A stretch of 64,000 bases of DNA from an uncultured delta proteobacterium (GTDB lineage Bacteria; Myxococcota_A; Polyangia; Polyangiales; Polyangiaceae), in the NCBI GenBank assembly GCA_963716725.1, contig CAVQUB010000020.1, positions 1 to 64,000 on the forward strand, written 5' to 3'. The position numbers and the translations under genes were made by a program. Below the pieces are notes generated by a model. It ran no database searches, was not told the origin of the DNA, and saw only the letters and a list, made by a program, of their open reading frames with translations. Each line of letters opens with the position of its first letter. Positions within the stretch are counted from its first letter, which is position 1. Below, piece by piece: positions 19,745-31,907 of this stretch.

Positions 19745-21277
19745 TTGGCTCGGGTCGCTGAGCTGACCGAGCGAGCCAGCGGTGTGCTCCTTCACCCGAC
19801 GTCGCTGCCGGGACCGCACGGCTTTGGTGATCTCGGACCCAGGGCTCGAGCTTTCGCCGACTACCTGGCGGCGGCAGGCCAGACCTGGTGGCAGATGCTG
19901 CCGGTGGTGCCCCCGGGCTACTCCGGCTCACCCTACGACAGCCCGTCGTCGTTCGCGGGCAGTCCCTGGCTGGTCAGCCTCTTCGATCTGCAGGCAGACG
20001 GGCTCCTCGACGCTGCGGACGTCGACGCGAGCCCGGCGCCGGGCCCAGGTTTCGAGCAAGCGCAGCTCTTTCGCGAAGCGCGCCTGCGCAAGGCCCACCG
20101 CACCGCCCTGGCCCGAGGCTCGCGAGCGGACCGCATGGAGCTCGCCGAACTCCGCTCCACGAACTCCTGGCTCGACGACTGGTCTCTGTTCTGCGCGCTC
20201 AAATCCCGCGGTCCGGGAGCGTGGACCGACTGGCCCGACGACCTTCGGCGCCGCCGGCTCGACGCACTCGCTCGCGCACGACGCGAGCTCGCCGACGAGA
20301 TTTCGTTCCACGATCACGTGCAGCTGTGGTTTTGCCGGCAATGGCGCCGACTGCGCGAGCACTGTCGCTCGCGCAACGTGGCGCTCCTGGGCGACATTCC
20401 AATGTTCGTCGCCCACGACAGCGCCGATGTCTGGAGCACCGCCGAGTCGTTCTTTCTGGACGACGCCGGGGCGGCGACGGTCGTCGCGGGTGTGCCGCCC
20501 GACGCTTTCAGCGCCACAGGCCAGCTCTGGGGCAACCCGCTGTACCGCTGGGACGTGATGGCCGAACGCGGATTCGACTGGTGGCTTCAGCGCCTCCGGA
20601 CAACCCTCGACCGATTCGACGCGGTGCGCCTCGATCACTTCATCGCGTTCCGTCGCTACTGGGAGATCCCCGCGGGCTCGGCGGACGCCCGGATCGGCCG
20701 CTTCGTCCAGGTGCCCGGTGAGGCCCTCTTCGAGCGGGTGCGCGGCGCGCTCGGCGGGCTGCCCTTGATCGCCGAGGATCTGGGCATCGTGACCCCCGAG
20801 GTGACCGCGCTCCGGGATCTGTTCGGACTTCCGGGCATGCGAGTGCTGCAGTTCGCCTTCGGGGGCGGCGAGCCGAACGACTACCAACCCCACCGCTACG
20901 TCCGCAACACGGTCGTCTACACCGGAACCCACGACAACGACACCACCGTCGGTTGGCACGCCGGCCTCCCCGAATCCGAGCGCCGTCACGCGCGCAGCTA
21001 CCTCGGGTCCAACGACGCCGAGTTCCACTGGACGTTGATCCGCGCCGGGCTCGCCTCGGTCGCGAACCTCGCGGTCTTCCCGATCCAAGACCTGCTCGGC
21101 CTCGGCAGCGAAGCTCGCATGAACACTCCGGGTACCGTCGAGGGCAACTGGGCCTTTCGCGTCGCAGCCCATCGCCTCACGCCGGAGCTGGCCGGCCGGC
21201 TCCGCGCGCTCTCGGGCCTCTACGAACGCACGCCACGGTGGAACGACGGCGACCCCGCGGCCTTCGTGCCCGCGTGA
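19745..21277 (+). CDS. malQ: 4-alpha-glucanotransferase (amylomaltase)
   Basis: RASGVLLHPTSLPG, GVPPDAFSATGQLWGNPLY, RLDHF, IAEDLG, YTGTHDNDT, RMNTPG. Confidence 0.96.
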   Translation: MARVAELTERASGVLLHPTSLPGPHGFGDLGPRARAFADYLAAAGQTWWQMLPVVPPGYSGSPYDSPSSFAGSPWLVSLFDLQADGLLDAADVDASPAPGPGFEQAQLFREARLRKAHRTALARGSRADRMELAELRSTNSWLDDWSLFCALKSRGPGAWTDWPDDLRRRRLDALARARRELADEISFHDHVQLWFCRQWRRLREHCRSRNVALLGDIPMFVAHDSADVWSTAESFFLDDAGAATVVAGVPPDAFSATGQLWGNPLYRWDVMAERGFDWWLQRLRTTLDRFDAVRLDHFIAFRRYWEIPAGSADARIGRFVQVPGEALFERVRGALGGLPLIAEDLGIVTPEVTALRDLFGLPGMRVLQFAFGGGEPNDYQPHRYVRNTVVYTGTHDNDTTVGWHAGLPESERRHARSYLGSNDAEFHWTLIRAGLASVANLAVFPIQDLLGLGSEARMNTPGTVEGNWAFRVAAHRLTPELAGRLRALSGLYERTPRWNDGDPAAFVPA

Positions 21278-21652
21278 TCAGCTCTCGATCCCAAGGAACT
21301 CAGCTGCGCTTCGGTCTGCCGTCTGCTCGTGGTTCTTGAACCACGCCTCGAGCAGCTCGACCAAGACCCCCATCAGCTCGCTCTCGCGGCGATCGCACTC
21401 CGCCCGGAGCGCCGTGAGACGACGCAAGAACGACGAGTGCATCGCTCGATGCTGCTCGAACGCCGGGAAAGCGCCGCGCTCCATCAACAGCTCTTCGTGC
21501 TCGAAGTGCCCGGCGACCTCTCCGAGCAGCTGGTCGACGAGCTCCGTGAGGTCTTCCCACTGGCCGCCCGCGGCGTGGACGTGGCGGAGGCGGCGAATGC
21601 CGGCCGCCAGGTGCCCGTGCTGGGCGGCGACGCCATCCGGCAGGGTGGGCAA
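21278..21652 (-). CDS. Hemerythrin family protein
   Basis: QH...HFEHEELLM...HRAMH...WFKNHEQTAD, the di-iron ligand pattern. Confidence 0.85.
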   Translation of the reverse strand: MPTLPDGVAAQHGHLAAGIRRLRHVHAAGGQWEDLTELVDQLLGEVAGHFEHEELLMERGAFPAFEQHRAMHSSFLRRLTALRAECDRRESELMGVLVELLEAWFKNHEQTADRSAAEFLGIES

Positions 21653-21758
21653 TCTCGCGCGGGAAGATCCACGCTGGCTACTTCGTGCAAAAGTGACTAG
21701 TCGTCAACCTCGCACGGGCCCTTGACAGTGGTTTTTCCGACTGAAATCGTGATCAGCC

Positions 21759-22136
21759 ATGACTGACCTGGATCGAATGATTCGTGACCGCGTCGACGCC
21801 TTCGTGGACGAGATCAGCCAGCTCGTGCGCCGCGCGGCCCTAGAAGCGGTATCCGAGGCGCTCGGGGGCGACCGCCCAGCCAAGGCTCGGGTCAAGCCCG
21901 CCACGCGGGCCAGCAAACGCGGCGGCAAGCGCTCGGCTGCAGAGCTGGACTCGCTGGCCGATGGCATCTTGCGCAGCGTCGGCGAGCATCCCGGAGCGGG
22001 TGCTCGCGAGATCGCGCGGGCGCTCGGCGTCACGACCACGGCCTTGGTCTTGCCCACCAAGAAGCTCGTGTCGGCGGGAAGCCTGACCACCAAGGGACAG
22101 AAGCGAGCCACCCGGTACTTCCGCGCAAAAAAGTGA
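21759..22136 (+). CDS. Small basic DNA-binding protein with C-terminal winged HTH (myxobacterial)
   Basis: IRDRVDAFVDEI helix, K/R linker, HPGAGAREIARALG...KKLV...TKGQKRATRYF. Confidence 0.75.
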   Translation: MTDLDRMIRDRVDAFVDEISQLVRRAALEAVSEALGGDRPAKARVKPATRASKRGGKRSAAELDSLADGILRSVGEHPGAGAREIARALGVTTTALVLPTKKLVSAGSLTTKGQKRATRYFRAKK

Positions 22137-22142
22137 GCGCCG

Positions 22143-23180
22143 TCAGTCGTCCTCGTCGTTGGGTGGCTCGCCGATCAACTCGAGCACCGCGCGGCTCTTT
22201 GCGATCGGGGACCCGGCGGCACCTCTCTTCACCAGGGGCAGCGCCGACTCGCTGGCGAGATCGCCCGGCACCGCGCCTACGCGCTGCACGAGCGGGAGTG
22301 GAAGGCTCTTCGTGCGCTCCCGCGGAGCGGTCCGACGAGCCGGAGGCGGCAGAAACCGGACCAGCTCCTCCAACAGATCTTCGGCGCTGGCCGGGCGCAG
22401 GGCGGGATCTTTGGAGAGGCAGCGGCGGATCAGCGCCTCCAGGGCGGCCGGCAGAGTGCGATCGTAGGCTTTGAGCGGCATCGGCGGGCGCTGAAGCACA
22501 TTCGACATGATCTCGGCCTCGCTGCGCCCGGAGAACGCACGCCGCCCAGTGAGCAGCTCGTAGAGAATCGCTCCGACTGCGTAGAGATCGCTTCGCTGAC
22601 TGGCGGCCCGACCCAGCACCTGCTCCGGTGCCATGTAGCTCGGGGTACCGAACACCCGGCCGTCCGACCGTGTGCGCTCGGAGCTCAGGCGGCACGCGAT
22701 TCCAAAATCGAGGACCTTCGCTCGAGGCTGGTCCGGCTCGGGGTGCACGACGATGATGTTGGCGGGCTTCAGATCTCGGTGCACGATGCCTTGCTCGTGG
22801 GCGACGCGCAGTGCCGAGACCACCTGGCAACAGAGTTCGCACGCGTACTCGAATCCAACGGCACCTCGCGCGGCCAGGGTGCCCTCGAGCGTCTCCCCGT
22901 CACAGAGCTCCATCACGATGAACGGCACGTTCTCGGTCGTCGCGCCGATGTCGTAGATGGCGACGACGTGCTCGTGGGAAATGCTGGCTGCGGACCGCGC
23001 CTCAGTGGCAAAGCGGTCCACCGCATCGGGGTCGCCGGCGAGCTCACCCCGAAGGAGCTTGAGCGCGACCGGCCCGAAGAGCGAGCTGTCGGCCTCCCAC
23101 ACCACGCCAATGGCCCCCTCACCAAGCGCGCGTCGCAAGGTATAGCGACCCCCGACGACGTTGCCTCGTTCCAACGGCAC
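22143..23180 (-). CDS. Hanks-type Ser/Thr protein kinase
   Basis: LGEGAIGVVW, VALK, HRDLKPAN, DFG, GTPSYMAPEQ, DLYAVG. Confidence 0.95.
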   Translation of the reverse strand: MPLERGNVVGGRYTLRRALGEGAIGVVWEADSSLFGPVALKLLRGELAGDPDAVDRFATEARSAASISHEHVVAIYDIGATTENVPFIVMELCDGETLEGTLAARGAVGFEYACELCCQVVSALRVAHEQGIVHRDLKPANIIVVHPEPDQPRAKVLDFGIACRLSSERTRSDGRVFGTPSYMAPEQVLGRAASQRSDLYAVGAILYELLTGRRAFSGRSEAEIMSNVLQRPPMPLKAYDRTLPAALEALIRRCLSKDPALRPASAEDLLEELVRFLPPPARRTAPRERTKSLPLPLVQRVGAVPGDLASESALPLVKRGAAGSPIAKSRAVLELIGEPPNDEDD

Positions 23181-23367
23181 GGGCGAAGTCTAACTTTTCA
23201 TTCGGCCTCGTGTCTCACGAAACGCGCCCACCTGTAGCCTTCGCTGACGCCGGGCCCGACCTGGACTACGCTCCCGCAGCGTGAGGTGTCGGCCGCACCA
23301 ATGCTTCGATCGAGCGGGCGGCGACGTCCGTTTGAATCGACGGCGCCCGACCTGCGTCGAATTCCCG

Positions 23368-25017
23368 ATGCGGCCATTCGCCGCGCTCGTGCTCACGCTC
23401 TCATCGCTGTTTGTCTCGCGCCAAGTGCACGCGCAGGCGGCGGCGCCGCCGAGCGACACGCCACCTCGAGCGGCGCGCGCTGCCCCCGCGACCGAGCCCG
23501 CTGCGCCGGACACTTGGGGCACGACGCGCGCAGCAGCGCCCCCGTCCATGGCCGAGCTGCCGGCGCCCCAGCCGCCCCCTGAGGCGAGCGCCCCCGAGCC
23601 GTCGGCCGATGCCGATACAGACGGCCCCGGGCCCGTCGAGCCACGCGTTCGCTACACCCTCGATGCCATCGAGGTACGGGGCAACCGCCGCACTCGCTCG
23701 CGAGTCGTCATGCGCTACGTGCCCTTCAAGCCCGGCGACGTCATCGATGTCGATGACACCGAGGTCGAACTCTCGCGCTACCGGCTCTTGGGAACCGGAT
23801 TCTTCCGCGACGTGCAGTTCTCGCTTCGCAAGGGTTCCGCACGCGGTCGAGTCGTACTCGTGATCGACGTCGAAGAGCGCAACACCATCATCGTCAACGA
23901 CCTGTGGATGGGGCTGTCGGCGGACGCCGACAAGCGCGGCAACGCGCGACCCCTGACCGCCTATGCCGGATTGGACGTCGCCGAAACCAACCTCGCCGGT
24001 ACCGGCATCACCTTCGGCGCTGCGGTCGGACTCGCCCAAGAGCAACTCGCGCTCAGGGTGCGCTTCCTCGATCCGGCCTTCTTGGGCGGTCGTTGGATGA
24101 CCAGCGCCACGCTGCTCTTCAACGACGCCCAGGACTTCTTCGGCAACGCCGACGTCAAGTGGTCCGACCCGTCGCAGCTCAACCAGGTCCCCGACTACGC
24201 CGTCGTCCGCTACCAGCGCTTCGGCGGCATGCTGGGAGTCGGCCGCGACTTGTCGGTGCCGACCCAGCTCTGGCTCAACTACCGGCTCGAACGGATCAAT
24301 GCGTCGCTCCCCCGGGCCGCGTCCCACATCCGCGGCATCGATCGCGAGCCTATCCTCTTCGACCTCTTGCCCGGCAAGAGCGTGCTCTCCACCGCGCGCG
24401 CCACGCTCCAACACGACACGCGCGATCACCCCTTCTTGCCGACCCGAGGCTGGTTGGCCACGGTCGTCGGCGAGGTTGGGCTCACCCCGCTCGGTAGCGA
24501 CTACTCCTATCAGAAGCTCGACCTGCGCGCCTCTCGTTGGTGGGAGCTGCCGTGGAAGAAGCACGTGATCCGCCTGGAGCTCTTCGGCGGCTCGATCGCC
24601 GGCGACGCGCCCTTCTTCGAGCAGTACTACGTCGGCGACTACAGCGACTTTCTGCCGGGGCGCGTGCTCGGCATGAACGTCGACCGTCGGCCGCCGCCGA
24701 ACTTCCTCGACAACGCCATTGTCGAGGTTCGCTACGGTCACTACGCCGCCAAGATCGGCACTGAGTACCGCGTACCTTTGTATCGCGGTCAGCGCGCGGT
24801 CTACGGCATCGACTTCTTCGGAAGCGCGGGCGTCTACGGCGTCGCGCACCGCCGAGACCTCAGCGATCCGCCGCGCGGGTATTCGCGCTTGCAGCTGATC
24901 CCCATCGACCTCACCGCCAACGTCGGCTTCCGCATGGACACCTCGGCGGGCGGGTTCGCGTTCGCTTTCTCCAACGTCCTCGGGTTCGTGCCGGTGCGCA
25001 GCGAGGGGCATCGGTGA
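23368..25017 (+). CDS. Omp85 (BamA/TamA-like) outer membrane protein with one POTRA domain
   Basis: Signal peptide and Pro-rich linker; IEVRGNRRT...LLGTGFFRDV...DVEER POTRA; ETNLAGTG and HDTRDHPFLPTRG barrel motifs. Confidence 0.85.
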   Translation: MRPFAALVLTLSSLFVSRQVHAQAAAPPSDTPPRAARAAPATEPAAPDTWGTTRAAAPPSMAELPAPQPPPEASAPEPSADADTDGPGPVEPRVRYTLDAIEVRGNRRTRSRVVMRYVPFKPGDVIDVDDTEVELSRYRLLGTGFFRDVQFSLRKGSARGRVVLVIDVEERNTIIVNDLWMGLSADADKRGNARPLTAYAGLDVAETNLAGTGITFGAAVGLAQEQLALRVRFLDPAFLGGRWMTSATLLFNDAQDFFGNADVKWSDPSQLNQVPDYAVVRYQRFGGMLGVGRDLSVPTQLWLNYRLERINASLPRAASHIRGIDREPILFDLLPGKSVLSTARATLQHDTRDHPFLPTRGWLATVVGEVGLTPLGSDYSYQKLDLRASRWWELPWKKHVIRLELFGGSIAGDAPFFEQYYVGDYSDFLPGRVLGMNVDRRPPPNFLDNAIVEVRYGHYAAKIGTEYRVPLYRGQRAVYGIDFFGSAGVYGVAHRRDLSDPPRGYSRLQLIPIDLTANVGFRMDTSAGGFAFAFSNVLGFVPVRSEGHR

Positions 25018-25709
25018 GGATGCGAGCCCGACCAGCTCGGGCGCTGGCAGCAGCCTCGACTGCGTGCTGGCTCTTCGTCGCGGGACCGGCCTCGGCGCAA
25101 GAGAAGAAGGAGCCGCAGCGCGACGCTCGGCTGACCTGGAATCACCAGAAGACCCAGCTCTACATGGACGTCTCGTACCGCGACATCGTGGACGCCGAGA
25201 TCAGGCAGAAGCTCAGCCGGGGTTTGCCGACGACCATCGTGCTCACCGGCACTGTGCACCAGGTGGGCGTGAAGGAACCCGTGTCGACGACCGCCCAGAC
25301 CTGCAAGATCACCTGGCACGTTTGGGACGAGGTGTATTTGGTCGAGACGACCCGCCCCGGCGGCTCGAAGTCGAGCGCCGCCATCAGCGTGGACGGCGTC
25401 ATCCGCCGCTGCGCCGACGCGCGGCGACTGCCCATTGGCACCAGCAGCCAGGTGTCGGTCGGAGCGAGCGTCTACGTCAGCGCGAAGATTCAGGTGAACC
25501 CGGTCAGCGCTGAAGTCTTGAACAAGATCAAGCGCTGGGTGAGCCGGCCCACCGGGACAGCCACGGCCGCGCCCGGCGACGCCCTGTTCAGCACCTTCAC
25601 GGGTCTGTTCTTGCAACGCATTGGAGACGCGGAACGCGAGCTCAAGTTCGCAACCAAGACAGTGGTCCCGGCGGTCGAGAAACCACCGCCGCCCAAGGAG
25701 AAGAAATGA
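25014..25709 (+). CDS. Exported protein, DUF4390-like
   Basis: Signal peptide; IRQKLSRGLPTTIV...CKITWHVWDEVY pattern; coupled to both neighbours. Confidence 0.6.
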   Translation: MRMRARPARALAAASTACWLFVAGPASAQEKKEPQRDARLTWNHQKTQLYMDVSYRDIVDAEIRQKLSRGLPTTIVLTGTVHQVGVKEPVSTTAQTCKITWHVWDEVYLVETTRPGGSKSSAAISVDGVIRRCADARRLPIGTSSQVSVGASVYVSAKIQVNPVSAEVLNKIKRWVSRPTGTATAAPGDALFSTFTGLFLQRIGDAERELKFATKTVVPAVEKPPPPKEKK

Positions 25710-26302
25710 GCGACGGCCCGAGCTTCCTGCTGGCCCTTCAGCTGAGCGGCAAGCCCTGCTTGGTCATCGGCTCGGGCAGCGAGGCTGCGCGGCGCGCGCG
25801 GGACCTCGCCACTGCGGGCGCGCTCGTGACGGTGGTTGCCCTAACCCCATGCCCGGAGCTCGAGCACCTGGCCGCCGGCGAGCGCATCGCGCTCGAGCGG
25901 CGCGAACTCGACCTCGCCGATTTGGACGGCCGCTGGCTCGTGGTCTTGGCCGATCGCGACCCAACGCTGCTCGAGCAAGTGGGCCCGCGCTGCTTGGCGC
26001 TCCGAATCTTCTTCTGCGCAGTGGACCAGCCGGGACATAGCAGCTTCCACCACGTGGCGCTGGCGAGGTCCGGCCGCTTGAGCGTCGCCGTCAGCACCGA
26101 CGGAGCCGCTCCGGCCTTGGCCAAGCGCTTTCGCGACGAGCTCGAACGTGCGCTAGGCCAAGCCGATGCGGCGAGCTTCACCGAGCACTTGGCCGAGCTC
26201 CGAGCGCGCACGGAGCCCAAGAGCCGAGGACGAGAGCTCGGGGACGAGGCTGCTCGATTGGAAGTGACCGTGCGGATCGCGCCGCCGCGCCAGCGAAGCT
26301 GA
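25706..26302 (+). CDS. Precorrin-2 dehydrogenase/sirohydrochlorin ferrochelatase (SirC/CysG N-terminal type)
   Basis: LSGKPCLVIGSGSEAARR, CAVDQP, VAVSTDGAAPALAKRFR. Confidence 0.88.
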   Translation: MSDGPSFLLALQLSGKPCLVIGSGSEAARRARDLATAGALVTVVALTPCPELEHLAAGERIALERRELDLADLDGRWLVVLADRDPTLLEQVGPRCLALRIFFCAVDQPGHSSFHHVALARSGRLSVAVSTDGAAPALAKRFRDELERALGQADAASFTEHLAELRARTEPKSRGRELGDEAARLEVTVRIAPPRQRS

Positions 26303-26303
26303 G

Positions 26304-26765
26304 CTACGGTGGGCGGTGACTCAGCTGCCGCTGCCGCGGGCCCGGGTGGTGAGCTCCCTGAAGGCCGCTTCGAGCACCGGCAGCGTGAGAGGCTTCAGGA
26401 GCACCGGCCGCTCGGTCCGCTGCCAGTCGATCTTGAAGCTCGACCCCGAGCACACCACCGGTCATGAACACGACCTGCCCGCGGCTGGTCGCGTCCAGCG
26501 AGTCGAAGAAGTCGACCCCTGACTCCCGCGGCATCATCACGTCGCACAGGACCACGTCGTAGAAACCCGCCGAGAGCAGCGCCCTCGCCGCCGGGGCGCC
26601 GTCGGCCGCGTCCACCCGGAATCGCGACGCCAGCAGCCGCTCCAGGGAGCGGCGGACGCCGTCGTCGTCGTCGACCAGCAGGATCCGGTGTGGAAATTCG
26701 GGCAAAGCTGCATCCCGGGGCGACGCAGCGCGGCCGCCCGGTCGCAGCATGCTCCTGGCGCCCAT
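26304..26765 (-). CDS. Single-domain response regulator (C-terminal frameshift)
   Basis: RILLVDDD, YDVVLCDVMMP, VVFMTGG; the LKP motif appears in an alternate frame. Confidence 0.85.
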   Translation of the reverse strand: MGARSMLRPGGRAASPRDAALPEFPHRILLVDDDDGVRRSLERLLASRFRVDAADGAPAARALLSAGFYDVVLCDVMMPRESGVDFFDSLDATSRGQVVFMTGGVLGVELQDRLAADRAAGAPEASHAAGARSGLQGAHHPGPRQRQLSHRPP

Positions 26766-27443
26766 CCGCTGTCACCTGGCCAATCCGCCAGTTGTGGTCG
26801 GCGCAGATCCTGCGAATTATCGGGCGAGTGCCCCGGATCTTCCTCAAAACCCCCGCGCCGCCGCGACCGCCGTGGGCCCTCCGGGAGCACGCGGGACGCG
26901 ACGCCGGCCGAGCTCCGCCTGAGGGAGCAGTCGCGCTTCGTCGGCGCCGTGTACGAAGTGACGGTCGATTCCGGTGACCTGGTCGAGTTCGAGCCGCTGG
27001 TGATGTCGGCGTCCCCTCGCTCATCGGCTCGCTGCCACGAGACCTTGTTCAACGCTACGAGGCCCTGCACCGGATGTCCGGCCCTGGCGCCGCGCCGACC
27101 CGGCGGCCGCACCAATCCGGCGCTGCTCTTCGCGCCGGGAGGCAACTACCGGCTCGCGCTGGCCGAGCCCCTGGGCAACGGGCGGTTTCGCATGCACGTG
27201 TTGCAGCTGAGCGACTCGGCGCTCACGGCCCTCGCCCGCGCGCGCATCGACCGCCGGGTGCAGCGCGCGGCTCTCTCGAAGCGCGAGCTCACAGTGCTGG
27301 AGCTGTTGCTGCTCGGCCGCACTTCGCTGGATATTGCCGGCTCCCTCGGGATAACGGAGCGCACCACGCGGTTCCACGTGGCCAACGTGCTCGCCAAGCT
27401 CGGGGTCGAATCCCGGACTGAGCTGTTCCGCCTGCTGCTTTGA
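26688..27443 (+). CDS. LuxR-family HTH transcriptional regulator (start uncertain, probably downstream of 26800)
   Basis: LSKRELTVLELLLLGRTSLDIAGSLGITERTTRFHVANVLAKLGVESRTEL. Confidence 0.8.
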   Translation: MWKFGQSCIPGRRSAAARSQHAPGAHPLSPGQSASCGRRRSCELSGECPGSSSKPPRRRDRRGPSGSTRDATPAELRLREQSRFVGAVYEVTVDSGDLVEFEPLVMSASPRSSARCHETLFNATRPCTGCPALAPRRPGGRTNPALLFAPGGNYRLALAEPLGNGRFRMHVLQLSDSALTALARARIDRRVQRAALSKRELTVLELLLLGRTSLDIAGSLGITERTTRFHVANVLAKLGVESRTELFRLLL

Positions 27444-27521
27444 GCGCGTTCTGTCGCCACCCGCCAAGGCCCTTGGGCCGCGCCCGGGACGGGCGTATCG
27501 TCTGCCTCCCGACAGGAGACG

Positions 27522-30030
<2,509 letters not shown>

Positions 30031-30032
30031 AT

Positions 30033-30443
30033 TCACTCGAGCATCACGCCGGCAGCATTCGCCCGCTCGAAGGGCGTGGGAACGTCGCGGCCCTGCACCC
30101 GCAGCAAGTACTCGGTGACGTCCCAGTACTGCCGCTCGGACAAACTGCCGGCCTTGTCAGCAGGCGGCATGCGGCTCTTCAGGTAGTCGAACAGGTCGAG
30201 CCCGTTTTCGAGGCCGGGACGGCGTCGCAACGCGTGCTTCCCCATGGCCGGCGGCGCCATCGGCGCGTCCCCGTGCTCTCCGTGGCACGACGAGCAATGC
30301 AGCGCGAAGACCTTGGCGCCGGCCGGGGCGGCCTTTCGAGCCGAAGAGAGCTGAGCGTCGGTCGGGCCCGCGCCCGGCCCCCGACCGCAGCTGCAAAGAG
30401 CCAGACCGATCAAGACGAAGGCGAAGAATGGGATTGAACGCAT
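30033..30443 (-). CDS. Cytochrome c lipoprotein (mono-heme)
   Basis: Lipobox LCS-C; CSSCH heme motif; axial Met candidate in SRMP. Confidence 0.85.
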   Translation of the reverse strand: MRSIPFFAFVLIGLALCSCGRGPGAGPTDAQLSSARKAAPAGAKVFALHCSSCHGEHGDAPMAPPAMGKHALRRRPGLENGLDLFDYLKSRMPPADKAGSLSERQYWDVTEYLLRVQGRDVPTPFERANAAGVMLE

Positions 30444-30451
30444 GAGCGGCG

Positions 30452-31417
30452 TCAGTAGGTGAAATTCCTCTGAAACGTAAGTCCCGTGGAAACACCGGCG
30501 AAGGGAACGTTCTTGCTGACTCCATCGACGGGCGGGTCGAAGGAGGCCGAGAGCGTGAGTTGCCAGTACGGGTAGCTGAGATAGTGAGAGACGCCGGCGC
30601 CCAACCGCCAGCGCCGGGAGTCGCTGTCGGCTATCCGCTCCCCGTCGCTGGACGCTGGCAGGGTCCACCGCAGCGTCGAGAACACGGTCGCGGACCAGAA
30701 CATGTCGAGCACATTGATGTAGGCGAGCTTCGCGTCTACTTCGTTGCCGGGCGAAAACCGCCGGGTCTGACCCTGAACTCCCGATACGTCGTGGGCAAAG
30801 CGGTGCGCATAGCTGCCAGTGACAACGACAGCTTGATGCAGGGTCAGGAACTTGGTGACTTGCGCGCCGCCGAGCGCGGTCCAGGCGCCCTCGCCCATCA
30901 CGTCGGCTTGAGTCGGCGTCTCCGAGTCGCCCGCATCGCGGCCGGTCGGGAAGCGGGCGGCGACGAACAGCTCCGCAAATGGCAGGAGCGTCCCCGGCTC
31001 CGAGAGGTCCAGGCCAGCGACCCAGTCCTCGAGCACCATCGCCCGAAGCCCGAGAGAGGCGTCGCCGGCACCGATTCGCGTGGCGGGCGCCAGCCCCCGC
31101 AGGTCGCGGTGTTGAAGCCGGACGGGCATGGTTCCGTGGACCTGCAGCGCGGGAGTCCCGAGCCGCACGCCCCCGGCCAGAGTGAACACCGCGTCGTCGA
31201 CCTCGGCGCCCCCGAGACTCCGAAACCCACCGGAGGAGTCGAAGCTTCCCAAGCCGCGGTCGTAGCCGAGCTGGGTCGCGAGAACGGCAAAGTGACAGCG
31301 GCCGACCACGCCAAGCTCGCTCGACCCCGTAGCCGTGCAGCAGGCTTGTGCGGCGGCGTTCCCTGCATCGAGCAGGAGCGCGGCTCCGAGCGCCGCAGAC
31401 GCAATCAGCGTGCGCAC
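30452..31417 (-). CDS. Exported putative outer-membrane beta-barrel (transporter-like)
   Basis: Signal peptide ending AAA-QACC; IGAGDASLGLR...RFPTG pattern; alternating beta strands; C-terminal aromatic residue. Confidence 0.65.
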   Translation of the reverse strand: MRTLIASAALGAALLLDAGNAAAQACCTATGSSELGVVGRCHFAVLATQLGYDRGLGSFDSSGGFRSLGGAEVDDAVFTLAGGVRLGTPALQVHGTMPVRLQHRDLRGLAPATRIGAGDASLGLRAMVLEDWVAGLDLSEPGTLLPFAELFVAARFPTGRDAGDSETPTQADVMGEGAWTALGGAQVTKFLTLHQAVVVTGSYAHRFAHDVSGVQGQTRRFSPGNEVDAKLAYINVLDMFWSATVFSTLRWTLPASSDGERIADSDSRRWRLGAGVSHYLSYPYWQLTLSASFDPPVDGVSKNVPFAGVSTGLTFQRNFTY

Positions 31418-31426
31418 CTTCGGTCC

Positions 31427-31840
31427 CTACTTCACGTCGTAGGCCACCACGAAGGTGTCCCGCAGGTCGCCGGAACGCACGCCTACGGTCAGCTCCCAGA
31501 AACCGGGCATCATGAAGTCGATCTTCTGGGCGTGATACTTGCCAGCGCCGAGGTCGGTCACCACGGGCACGATCGGAGTGCCGTGGCCGTGGCCGGGCAT
31601 CCATGGCTCGATCTCGATGGACGCCTGGGCCACCGGCTGACGGTTCGGATCGGCCAAAGAAATCTCGAGAGCATTTTCGCCTGTCGTGGGCGGGTCGGGA
31701 TCGGGCGTGAAGGACGCGTAGAACAGACCCTTCTCCGACTTCAGATCCAACAGCTCCTGGCTCGCAGGATCACTCTGGCTGCTGCACGCAACCAGCGCCG
31801 ATGCCCCGAGGACGAGGACGACCTTCGCGATGACTCGCAT
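31427..31840 (-). CDS. FixH/YtkA-like lipoprotein
   Basis: Lipobox LVA-C; GEN...PWMPGHGHG...GKY...FMMPGFWEL. Confidence 0.8.
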   Translation of the reverse strand: MRVIAKVVLVLGASALVACSSQSDPASQELLDLKSEKGLFYASFTPDPDPPTTGENALEISLADPNRQPVAQASIEIEPWMPGHGHGTPIVPVVTDLGAGKYHAQKIDFMMPGFWELTVGVRSGDLRDTFVVAYDVK

Positions 31841-31907
31841 GCCCGCTCTCGTAGCGCGAACCGGCCAGAACGGACCTGCGACACGTTGTCGCAGCTGATC
31901 CCCCGCG

